Assembly: GCA_964187785.1 (NCBI GenBank)
Contig: OZ076409.1
Location: 84,446,001 to 84,510,000 of the forward strand
Length of the DNA stretch: 64,000 nucleotides
From: Amphiscolops sp. MND2022
Taxonomy: Eukaryota
Reading direction: 5' to 3'
A program made the translations under genes and the position numbers. Below the pieces are notes generated by a model that did not search any database, was not told where the DNA came from, and saw only the letters and a program-made list of their open reading frames with translations. Position 1 is the stretch's first letter; each line of letters starts with the position of its first letter. This document shows positions 10,833 to 21,782 of the stretch, piece by piece.

Positions 10833-12979
10833 GTAAATACTTCAAAATGTTCGCTCTGCTTGGGCTTTTTGTAACTCATTTAACTAATTTCCTTTTTTTT
10901 CAATCTATTTATCAAACTTTGATTCATTTGTGCTTCACATGAGGTCTCTAAGCAGGTGTTTATGCTTGCATTTTATAAAAAGGCCATTTTGATGATACAT
11001 GTCATCCAAATTAACCATGCCAAATCTTGTTCAATGAAATCAATTCGCAGGTCTTTTGAGGGAAGCCATCGATTTACTGTCACTTATCAAAAATAATTCA
11101 GCACCTGGAAAAACTTTCAAAGGTGTCCAATTTCGTTTCTAAAACAACACATATTCAAAACAGAACAATACGTGATGCCAACTTTGTTTCATTTGTAAGC
11201 TATTCGATTGTTCTAATTTTAAATAAAAAACTTACAAAAACTCCGATTACCCATTTAGATCAGACTGACTGATGTAATGACATTTTGGCAACTCAGACGT
11301 TTTTGTTGAAAGGATCCTCTGAGCTCGAGCTAGAAACTTCGACCACTGACTGTTTTTTAAAACTGTTTTTCTTTTCGGCTCAGTTTACTTTTTTCTCAAA
11401 ATAAAAACAGCGTATTTCAGTAAACAAGAGTTTTGTAAAAAAAGTTTTTGTTTTGTTATTGAACTCTGAGGACGCACACAAAATTATCCAGAAGATTTTA
11501 GAAAAATTTATGGTACTTAAATTGAAAAGCCTCAGTAATTTTTTCCCTATAAAATTAAGGGCGGAAAACAATGAAAGATTATAAATTGCTGATTTAAAGT
11601 CTGAGATTAAATGGCTGAGTCTGTGGTAGCGTGTTTGTTATTCTCCGATTTTGCGTCCTTTGATTTTTTGTTTTTTTTGTTTTTCAAGTCTTCGATGAGT
11701 GCAAGGTTACGTTTTCGTTAGTATTCGTTTCTAATTTTTTCAGCTTTCTTATTGACTACTTGATGCCCTACGTTACAGCAAATATAATGGACTTTGTCAT
11801 ATCGAACGAGAAATTGCTAACTTCGGGGTTGATTTACATATTACATATTATTTTAGACACTAAAGAACAAGAACAGGAAAAGCGCACAGCCAATCGTTTT
11901 TCATTAGCCATGTATTTCAACTCTTGATTGAAATCTTTTATCTGGACCAGTTTGACAAAAAAATTAAAACTTTATTGTTTCACTCACACTAGCGGATGGA
12001 TATTCTGAAGAAATTAGGAAAGTTTTCATGACCAGATTTTAAGATTCATTTTCACAGAGTACAGATATATATCTCCTCTTTTTTTGTTGAAAATTATAAA
12101 CTCTCCACTGGAATAAAATGGAAGATGCATGGTACGTCGATTAGAGCATGTACCAGCTGTTTCCCTCAGGGTGTTTCAACTTTCAGCAATCAACGGAAAA
12201 GCAAACTCCTGTTTGAGTTTTTGCTTTCATCAGCTTTAGTAGCTTTGAGAGGAGACCATGATTGTTTTTGAGTGTTAAAAATGTTTCAGAGACAGGGAAA
12301 TGGCAAACCCTTAAAAAGACTTGTATCTCAATGCTTTTACGTTCACAAGAAAGAAAATCATTCATTCGCCTTTATATTATTCTAGCATATGTTCAGGATC
12401 GTGTATAACCAACCAACCATACATCGAAGCTTGCCTTCTCAAAAGGCCGTTCAAAAATAGATTCGCTTTTCTGACACATTTTCCCCTTGCTATTTATCTT
12501 CAGATGGAACAAGTTTTTTGTTGTGCCAATCCGTTTGACGTGGAGTACTTGACACAACCTTGTCAATCATCTTTAACGAGTCTCTGTTTTTTGTTTGTTG
12601 TCCCTGTTTTGGGCGGGGCAAGTCAGCAAAATACCAGTCAGGATGATTTTTTCAGTCATAAATAGAGTCACAAAATCACTTCACCCATTTTCTAAGCTAT
12701 TTACAAAAAGCCTCCAAGATAGCGAGTGAAACTCGTGGCTGCTAAGTTATAAAATGTAAATGGAAAATCAAACATTCGTGAATAATATGGTGACCATTTT
12801 GTGAAAATTTCAATGAAAAAAGCTGGAGACACATTCCTTGTTTGTGTTTCTTGCATAATAAATTCAACATTTCTGACGCAACAGTTCATTATAACGTGGT
12901 TTCACTGCGGTACAATCTGATTTCGGCTTGATTTGATGATCAAATGAAGCTGAAATCGGAGAGTACCGCAGTGAAACCA

Positions 12980-13076
12980 TGTAACGGCAAGCTCTGGTAC
13001 AGCAATATCAACCGATTTTGCAACTTTGGCATGCTCAGAAATTTTGTCAAAAATTCTAATCCGATGTGTGACGTGG
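12980..13076 (+). repeat. Truncated third LTR copy (first 97 bp)
   Basis: TGTAACGGCAAGC... matches 13792-13888 with 2 substitutions, then switches to 3' internal sequence. Confidence 0.9.
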
Positions 13077-13078
13077 TC

Positions 13079-13791
13079 AATGGTCACTTTTGATCTACCT
13101 TTGTCTGCTTTACTCCAGCGCTTACTCTTACGAGCAGTTCGTAGTTTGCTTCTGATGCGCTCCTTGACAGATGCTACTGAACTCTATACAGGTATGGAGC
13201 TGCACATCAGTGCGTGTTGCCCAAACAAAGCCGAACTGTAACAAAAGTATCAAAGAAACAGCTTGTCTTCCTTTTAAACAGTGGTTTTACTGCTGAAAAG
13301 AAGTTTTAGCGAAAAGAACTTTTAACTGTGCTGCAAACTGAAAATTTATTGTCGTGGAAAAGATGTTTTGCTGAGAACCACGTGCGCTTTGGAGCGTTAG
13401 CGCTCCGTAAAAGAATTTTTAGACGTCCAAAAACCAAAGTGCTAGCAGTATCTTATTCAGACTTTTCCAGAAAACTCGTGCTGAAAAAGTGGTGCTTTTT
13501 TCATTGATGTATGGAATCTTAGATTTGATCAATTTCAAGGTGCATTTTTGAGTACTGGTTTTCTAGCTCTCGAGCTAGTTCTGTTTCAACAGTTTCTGGA
13601 CGATGCAGGTTCTCTGGATGGCTAGAAGCAAGACCTCATGGTTGCCCAATCAGCAAAAGATGACAGTGCCTCTGGACCGTTGCAACATCACCAGTTTGAG
13701 ACCCCCGTGGATTGCAATCATGATGTGGCGATGTATTCAATGCCAGCCTCTCCGCATGACAGGGACGTCATGCATAAAGCCCGGGGAGTGA
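13079..13791 (+). repeat. Duplicate of the 3' internal region including the PPT
   Basis: Near-identical to 27664-28376 (both 713 bp). Confidence 0.92.
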
Positions 13792-14564
13792 TGTAACGGC
13801 AAGCTCTGGTACAGCAATATCAACCGATTTTGCAACTTTGACATGTTCAGAAATTTTGTCAAAAATTCTAATCCGATGTGTGACGTGGCACTGAGCATGT
13901 GATTGCTCTTTTCGCTGTTTCCACGAAATTGGCAGGTACTTCGACGAAAAAGAGCAAGAACGAGCGAAAACACGGGCGCGCCGCCATGACAGAAGCCAGA
14001 GACGGCAAGAACATCCGAAAATAGACTCTTTTTGAGGTGCTAACACCGGTTTTATCGATTTTCAGCATTATGCTACCCTATGTAGCGGAAACCGTAAAAA
14101 TGAGTCTTTTCGCCTAAAGATCCTTGTTTGGTGCTTGGAGCCCCTGCGCCCCAGCTTTTTAGCTGTGTGGTTTGCCATATTCGTGCCTGTTTTCATGTAT
14201 TTTCAGTGATTTTGGCTGTATTCAGTAGCGCTAGCGCTAGTTTAGATCTCGTTCCCCAATTTTAGATCTTAATCACATGTCACCCTGGAACTGGAAATTT
14301 ACCTTATTCTTGACATTGTTTTTATATGCTAGTTAAGCGGTGGTTTTTAGAGAGTCAGAAAGATGCCCGTTACTATTAGCAATCAAAGACTGGGACCGGT
14401 TGGACAGCATTCGTCGAAGCACCCGCGGCCCCGCGACGTATTTCACCCCTGGAGGCAAAATGGATCTGTGGCGATGGGCGCCTGTCCCGAGCGATTCACC
14501 CATTCCTGCAGGTTCCTCCACCTCTGTTAACGCGTTAAGCGACCGATAACTGCTTGCCGTTACA
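13792..14564 (+). repeat. 5' (central) LTR, family B, 773 bp
   Basis: TGTAACGGCAAGC...GCTTGCCGTTACA (13-bp terminal inverted repeat); ~11 substitutions and a 3-bp indel versus the 3' LTR, counted by eye. Confidence 0.93.
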
Positions 14565-14579
14565 TGAGACCTCATTTTT

Positions 14580-14597
14580 TGGCGACCACAGAGGGAT
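14580..14597 (+). promoter_or_regulatory. Primer binding site, probably tRNA-Arg
   Basis: TGGCGACCACAGAGGGAT resembles the complement of the tRNA-Arg(UCG) 3' end; 15 nt downstream of the LTR. Confidence 0.65.
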
Positions 14598-16329
14598 CGC
14601 TTCCGATTACTGCCCTATTATATGGTTTTGAAGTTTCTGACCCCCTGGTATTGGACGCCAAGAACGATTGGACTCTGGAAGGAGACGTTTACCCAGAGTT
14701 TTTCCAAATTTTTTAGATGATATGACGTTACATTTTGGTATTTTTCTAGTCTTTCGGGGGATTTTTCCGAGTACCTATGGTATGTTTTGATAACAGGTAT
14801 TTGTTGACAGGTATCGTCTAAACTTGCACGTTCCCATCAGCGGGTACCTTTGTAATGGCTTAGCGAACCGCTAGAAAGCCGTTACGCATGTTGTAACAGG
14901 TGTTTTACAGCTCATTTCAGCGTTTTTGGCTATGTACGAGGTATTCAGTTGATGGATGCGCCATGTTCCATCTGACCGAGAGATGAGCTGAAACGAGTGT
15001 TCTTGACTCTCCTTTCCCATTTCCCGTGGAGACGTGCTAGAAGCATGGTTTTTGGTGGAAAGCTAGAACAAACACTGACGTTGCCGACGGTCCAAACCGT
15101 TTCTCTCTGGCTGGTCTGGTTGTTGAGAAAAAAGACGGCGAAGGTACCACCCTTCATTCCGCAAGAATCGGTTTTTTGGAGTATGGTATGAAAAAATTTT
15201 TAGATTGTGTATTTTTTGACGGGGAATCATTTGTGCATGCTAGTTTTACCCTGTTGCAACTAAGTGTGTGCTTTTGCACCTGTTTTCAGTGAAAAAGGTG
15301 CAATTTTTAGTGCAAAAGTCGCAAAAACGTGATTTTTGGCATTTTTGAGTACTTTTCTTGGTACGAGCGCGAGCGCTCGAAGTATTAGCCACAGCAGTTG
15401 CAAAAAAGTATAGAAAGCAGCCCAAAACCTTGAGAGTTATGCTACATAATGTAACGACAACTAGAAAGGCCGTTGGAGACCTTTTTGAGACACATTTTGC
15501 ATGAAAAAACCCGGTTTTTGGCGAAATTGGCAAAAAACCACTATGAAATGCCACTGGGAGAGTGCTGGATTGTGATGTAATTGCCTTTTCCGTGCTGCTG
15601 TTAGTTTGTGGCACACTCCACAGTACCGAAAATAGGATTTAAGAGAGTTTGTAACGTTTTCTTGGTGAGAACAGGTCGAAAAACCTTGATTTTTGGCCAG
15701 TTTCAGGAGTGCCAGAGTGCATCATTAAAACCTCTGGGGCACTCAGTGTTTTCGAGACCTGGGAGCCCGCGCGCTCTCATTTTCTGTTTTTATAGTAAAA
15801 ATAACGCATTGTGATGAAAACCGCGTGCAAAAACTCCCATTCAGTGCTGAGAAAAGTGGAATAACGCACTGAATTTGATCAATTTTCCACACAACCGGAC
15901 TGTCACTGAGCTAGGGTCGGGTCATCGATTCCTGAACTCTAGCCAAAAAGTGGTTGCATTTTCGGAACCACCACAAAAATTAACGTTAGTGCCGAAAGTT
16001 TGGTGGGCGTATCGCTCACCAAAGTCGAGAAAAGCTCTCTGACGTTTCGACTTCAGAGAAGCGTGAAAGGACCGAAAAAATCCAAAACTGCAGGACTGTC
16101 AGTGCCTTATACCCAACGGGCACAACCAATTGAGGGTTTATCCCAGTGCTACGGATAGTGGGGCAACACGTTGGTCCCATTTTGCCCGCCGTATCACTTT
16201 CTGAGGTGATCCTCTTGGTCAATTCGTGAAAAAAGTCGTCAAAAACATTGTTTTTTCGTGTACAACGTACATAGTGGGTCGAAACCTCAAATAAGAGCTC
16301 GCGCTTCAATTCGACCATTTTAGTGGCAT

Positions 16330-18250
16330 TGTAGGTGCCCACTGGCATAAACTACCAAGTTTGGTGCCGATCTGGGTGATACTTGTTGAGAAAATAGCAA
16401 AAACGTGGCACCCAAAAAGGTGCGCAAAAAGGCAGTTTTTTCTTAATTTTTCCGAGTAACCCGGGCACCTTAGCCGACGGGTGGGGCTATATTGCAGCCC
16501 ACCATCGTAACTTGTGCTAGTTCCTACGTTGCTGCAGAGAATTTGAGCTTGCTAGCTCCTTCCAGTGGACCGCAATCTTGAAAAAGACGTGAAAAACAGT
16601 GCATTTCGGTACATAGTGATACCGCACGTCTGTACCTAGGTGAAACTGTGTAGAAGGGGCGCAGCTCAAAACTGTGTTCATTTTCGTAAACCTACGTGTA
16701 CCTAAGATCTGCTGGTCAATTCTGGGCTCGATACGGTGCTTCCAGCGCACACGCGAGCCTCTTGAGTGTTGTGGTGCGATTTTTGGAAAATCCAAATTTT
16801 CTTTGAAATTCTTCCTGTGGGTGACTGAAGACTTTTAGCCCTAAACCAGGTTAATTCTCTAGCCCAGCGTGCTTGTGGGAAAGCGCTGTGCAAATTTGAA
16901 CAGCCTACGAGCCTTAGAACGTGTTTTGAAAAATCTTGGACGTTTTAAAAACATCAATTTTCTTAAGTCCTCACCGAGACGAGCAGAGGGCCAAATCCTT
17001 GAGGAGACCCCCTGCAAGCCTACCAGCGTCTGTTTCACTACTCTAACAGCAGCGTGGTTGGTGCCTACTGACAGCGTCTGCCAAGTTTGGTGTCAATTGC
17101 TACTATATCTGTTGAGAAATTGACTAAAACAAACTGCACAAGAAGGTGCGCAAGAAGGCGAATTCTATGAAGTCTTGTGGGATTGCCTGAACACCTTATT
17201 CAAAGAGTGGGGCCAAATTGCTGCCCACTATCGTAACCAGTGCAAGTTTATCGTATTTTTGCCGAAAAAACGGGCTTGAGAGCTCTTTGCAGTTTGCCGG
17301 AATCTGAGTTGACACGTGAAGAACACTGCATATTGGAACACGGTGATACCGAACGTCTGTACTGTGTTGAAACTTCACCTAGTCATCTCAGCACAAATCA
17401 GCTGTTATTCCCGTGTATCTCAACTTACGTGGGACTGTGTGGTTGATTTTGAAGCCGATCTTGCGTTTCTAGCGTTAGCGCTAGCCTCTGGAGTTTTTTT
17501 CAAGTGAAGCTGAAAAACCCAAAAAATATCTGCAAAACCTCTGACCTGTGACTGGATCCTAATACCCCAATTCTGGACTCATTTTTTAGGTCAGTACATC
17601 AATCCTGAAGTGCTGTATACGTTTCAGCACACTGCGACCCTTGAAACTAGTTTTGACTCTACTTGGACGTGCATGGTCATTGTATCAGTTTAAGGTTTCA
17701 CCGAGACGAAAACTGGGAAAGAGAAAAAAAGTCCTTTCTACGTGTTGGAAACCTGTCGAAACCCCTAGTTTGAACTCCCAGTAGTTCGTTCATTGCTGTG
17801 CGTGTGATATTTGATCAGTATCGAGTGGGCTGCGTTGCTGGATCATAGCATTGTGTTACTTGAAGTTGTGATATCCCGTGTATTGTAACGAATTGGATCA
17901 TTTTTTGGAACTATCGGCGCACCTTATTGAAAAGTTGGGACTACATTGCCCTGGACTATTCTTATTAGTGTCATTTGGTGCACCGTTGCTGAAAAAGTGA
18001 GCACGAGAGCTCAGCACTGTGGACGAGAGTCTTTGATTGCATGTGAAAAATCGTGTCAATCGAGACACGGTGATACGGAACGTCAGTATCAGATCTAAAT
18101 CTTGCCCAGCGGTCTGAATTCTCATTGGTTGTTACTGTAGTATAGCTGGCTATACGTGTGATCTCGTGACCAATTTTGAGCCCGATACCACGTTTCCAGC
18201 ACTTGTAAAAGCCATTTGAGTGATTTTCGAAAACAGTTGAAAAATCCAAA
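16330..18250. repeat. Three diverged ~725-bp tandem units in the 5' leader
   Basis: Motif (C)GGTGATAC(C/G)G(A/C)ACGTC near 16616, 17341 and 18068; CCAAGTTTGGTG and GGTGCGCAA at ~16355/16419 and ~17081/17145. Confidence 0.75.
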
Positions 18251-19022
18251 AATCGTTGAAAAAGGCTCTAGCTTGAAGCTGGAGGCAATCATCAGCTACG
18301 GTAGGTTATTTTTCTGACTTGTGTGGCTGACGAAACGTGCTGTGTCATTTTGTACCCAGTACGATTGGTAAAACTGAATTTGACTTTGTTCAGACACACG
18401 TTTTGAACGAAAATCCCGAAAACGCCAGAAAAACTATCAGTGTAAATCTTCAATACTTCCACTGTACGGAAGGCAGACCCAAAAAGCCTTCATTTTCCAA
18501 CGGAACGGACCCAGTAGACCTTGCTGGGTGCAAACGAGGCAAATCCCACGGTTCAAAAAAATTACCGGCAGGGGTCATAAATTTTGGACTCCTCTGGAAC
18601 TTTGAAATTTGATCCTGAACAGTTCAAGGCAGCAGTTTTAAGTGCCTGCGACGCACTCTGGACTACATTTTCTAAACGAAAATCTCTAGGAGTTACCTGG
18701 AGCAGGGTTTTCGATATCCAAAAGAGACCCTGGGTGTTCCGACTTAGCCAAAATCACAAGATTTTGGGAGGAGCAACTTCCTAGTGACGACAAATTTGAG
18801 CGGATTGCCCGAGTGTGACACCTTTTTGAACACTCTGGTGCCTCATTTTGGTGTTATTTCGCTGTATCGAGTAGCACCAACGCCGAATATTACGCCAAAT
18901 TTGCAGAGAACTCTTTTGGGCAATTGCAAAATACCCAAATCTCTCGAGGTTGAGAGGCGAAGTTGCTACCGAGTTTGCTGAAAGACTCCTTTGAGCCACA
19001 TTCTGCTACATCTAACGCTGGA

Positions 19023-21782
19023 ATGAAACCTTCGGAACAATTCCAACGCCTCTGCTTCCTTTTGAAGGGGGGAGAGGGCACCAGCGCAGCACAGCCAATC
19101 GATGAACCGGCCTCGATATCTTTGAACAACGCAACCATGGGCATGGCTCACACGTCGCCTAGGGATCGAGGCGGGTTGCTCGAGGACAATCATGGTACTG
19201 ATGACCCAAGAGATGAATTGATATCTCCCGAACAGTTGAAATTCACGGAGGCGATATCCAAAACTATAACTAAAGCGTTGGTTCCCTTGATTGCCAATCG
19301 TGATCAAACCGCTGTTCGACCAACCTTATACAGAGGTTCGAAAGACGGGACTGTTGAAGAGTGGTTGCTCGTGATGAAACGGTATTTGGAGCGAGTTTAT
19401 TCCAATTCTTCACCTGTCGACAAGGCCTGGGCGATAATCGATCACTTAGGTGATGAAGCTCGGAGTTTTATAATCAACAAAACGGAGTCTGAACGGGATT
19501 CTCACGAGAAGGTGACTACCTTGCTCTCCAGCAGATTTGGGACTGGGAAAAGCCGCTGGCCAGTGAGGCAGGCTTTCAAGTTGCGGAATCAGCTTGAGAA
19601 AGAGGGCCTGATGCAGTATCTAGATGCATTAGAGGGTCTGAGGAGTCAGGGTTTTCCTGATGAGCCTATCACAACCCGACGCTATGAAATCTTGCATCGG
19701 TTCATGGATGGGGTCAGCAATCCCGTGTTGCAACGAGAACTGACGGTAGTGTTTGCGACTGAGGCGTATCTAGCCGACCCACCTACCGTGGAATCACTTC
19801 GGTTCACTGTACAGGAACTCCAAAGGAGTCGTCACCAACAACAGCCTCGTGACCCAGGGTGCACCGAGACTGTACCTTATCAGTACCTACAGAGCGACCA
19901 AGTGCCGGGGTCACCAGTGGCTCAGCAGTATGAATCGCTGCCACCCCTTGCACGCCGGTCGGCACGATTGCCGATGCCGGCTGCGTCAGTACACACAGCC
20001 CCTGAATACAGACAGACTGCAACCTCAGAGCAATCCGCGCGCTGCTTGCAGAGTGCTTGCGCGAGACGCAAGCTGGTGGTGCATCGCCCGGAGCATATTC
20101 TTGACGCACACAGTGAGCCCCAGCAAGGTGCTGCAGCAGCGGTTCCAGCGCCTGCTGTACCAGTGAAATCGTGCACAACTGAGGTGTCTGCAGGTTGTCC
20201 AACATTATCAATCAAGTCAGAAACTTCCAGCCCTAGGGCTGAAGAAAAGAAAACGGATGCAACGCAAACCCTGTCTACTGCCTCTGGCAGGGTATTAATG
20301 CTACGCCCAGCTGACCAAGCCTCCGTAAATGCTCCATTGACTGTCACCTGTGGCACAAAGCAGGTGCAGACAGGTTTGGAGTCCACAACGTTTGACCCTA
20401 GTGGCCGGACTTTATTGTCTGTACACCTAGTGCTGGCCTCGGAGCAACAAATACGCCCAGATTTGACTTTGGAAAAATTGAAGCTGGAGTTAGCTAGCAA
20501 TTCGGCTGTCAAAAAGATCTCCTTACCACTGCCAAAAGAATGGTATACTGAAGGCGAAGCTAGTACGTGCACGGCATACACCCCAGTTCCTGTGCATGCC
20601 AACATAGATGGCGTGGACATGAAGTTTGATGCTAGCGTGGTAGTAGATGTGTTCCCTCAAGGAGTGTGTCTAGGGCCACATGAATTACGCTGCTATAGCA
20701 TCAGCAAACAAGAGCCCACAGGTGAGGCCCGCATAGATGAGCGTGCGTCGCTCGTGGTATCTTTCGCAGTGCAAAATGCTAACCCTATTCCACTGAGAGG
20801 AATGGTCGACACGGGGTCAGGCGTATCAATCATGAGTTTCTCAGCCTTCAACCGTGTAGCCTTGCGGACAGGTGTAGCGCTACAACCTTATCGAATCGAC
20901 TTGTATGCTGCTAATAGGAAGACGATGAAAACGTTTGGAATAGCGGAGCATGTGCGCTTCCAACTTGGTGGATATGAACTCGAAACAAATTTCGTGGTCG
21001 TTGATGACGCACATGGCTTGGAAGATTTCTTGCTGGGTAGGAGTTTTCTGCGAGCATATAACGTGCTCGTAGATCTGACCGCCATGAAAATAGTGGTGCG
21101 AGCCCCGGCTAAGCCCGTGTGGCATCACGCACACGCCCAGACGAGCGATGACACTTTATCCAGTACAGTAGTTTTGGATCAAGACGTAGTGCTAAAGCCA
21201 TTCGAGCGTGCTGTTCTACGTGCCAAGGTGGTCACTTCGAACTTGGAAGCTTTTGCTTTCAGTAATGTTGTGATTAACTTTGCAACACCGAACCGATTGC
21301 TGAAGAACACTATATTCGTGGAAGACACCATAGCCACTGTTGGAGAGACAGGTTCGTTCTATGTCTCTGTTGGCAATCTGACAAGCAATGCCCAGAAAGT
21401 GAAGTGCGGCACCATGCTTGGTACTGCTGCGCCAGTACGCCTAGTCTACCATGCAGTTCCCCAATGCGCGCTAGCGCACAAAGGCGAGAGTGACGAAAAA
21501 TCGGACTCCCCAAATGAGTTCGTCAACAGGGTCTATTCTGAAATGGACTTGAAGTCGCATGCAAAATGTTCGTCGTCGTCGGAGTTCGAGTTTCTCTCCT
21601 CTACAGACCCATCGGAGGAGGGGTTGTCAGAGCGCGAGATCAGAAAGCGCACTGACCCTGATCTCTTGGCCCCTATTCCTGGACCCGAATCTCAGTTAGA
21701 GGAGGTACAAAAGTTGTGGGGAAAGACTGCCCGCGACTCGCTGAACAACATCCTTACGGAATTTGATGATCTATTCATTTAA
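19023..21782 (+). CDS. gag: Gag, degenerate protease-like repeat, aspartic protease and dUTPase-like linker
   Basis: Capsid-like YRGSKDGTVEEWL..YL; protease MVDTGSG...FLLGRSFL; first ATG at 19023 in ORF 18963-21782. Confidence 0.85.
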   Translation: MKPSEQFQRLCFLLKGGEGTSAAQPIDEPASISLNNATMGMAHTSPRDRGGLLEDNHGTDDPRDELISPEQLKFTEAISKTITKALVPLIANRDQTAVRPTLYRGSKDGTVEEWLLVMKRYLERVYSNSSPVDKAWAIIDHLGDEARSFIINKTESERDSHEKVTTLLSSRFGTGKSRWPVRQAFKLRNQLEKEGLMQYLDALEGLRSQGFPDEPITTRRYEILHRFMDGVSNPVLQRELTVVFATEAYLADPPTVESLRFTVQELQRSRHQQQPRDPGCTETVPYQYLQSDQVPGSPVAQQYESLPPLARRSARLPMPAASVHTAPEYRQTATSEQSARCLQSACARRKLVVHRPEHILDAHSEPQQGAAAAVPAPAVPVKSCTTEVSAGCPTLSIKSETSSPRAEEKKTDATQTLSTASGRVLMLRPADQASVNAPLTVTCGTKQVQTGLESTTFDPSGRTLLSVHLVLASEQQIRPDLTLEKLKLELASNSAVKKISLPLPKEWYTEGEASTCTAYTPVPVHANIDGVDMKFDASVVVDVFPQGVCLGPHELRCYSISKQEPTGEARIDERASLVVSFAVQNANPIPLRGMVDTGSGVSIMSFSAFNRVALRTGVALQPYRIDLYAANRKTMKTFGIAEHVRFQLGGYELETNFVVVDDAHGLEDFLLGRSFLRAYNVLVDLTAMKIVVRAPAKPVWHHAHAQTSDDTLSSTVVLDQDVVLKPFERAVLRAKVVTSNLEAFAFSNVVINFATPNRLLKNTIFVEDTIATVGETGSFYVSVGNLTSNAQKVKCGTMLGTAAPVRLVYHAVPQCALAHKGESDEKSDSPNEFVNRVYSEMDLKSHAKCSSSSEFEFLSSTDPSEEGLSEREIRKRTDPDLLAPIPGPESQLEEVQKLWGKTARDSLNNILTEFDDLFI

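Noticed and set aside
13079..14564. 1.49-kb direct repeat read as the LTR
   Set aside because: It lacks a TG start and contains the PPT internally; the TG..CA unit with a 13-bp inverted repeat starts at 13792.
16517..18249. Three paralogous short minus-strand ORFs (TDVRYH/TDVPYH)
   Set aside because: Explained by the DNA repeat; starts, stops and lengths are not conserved.
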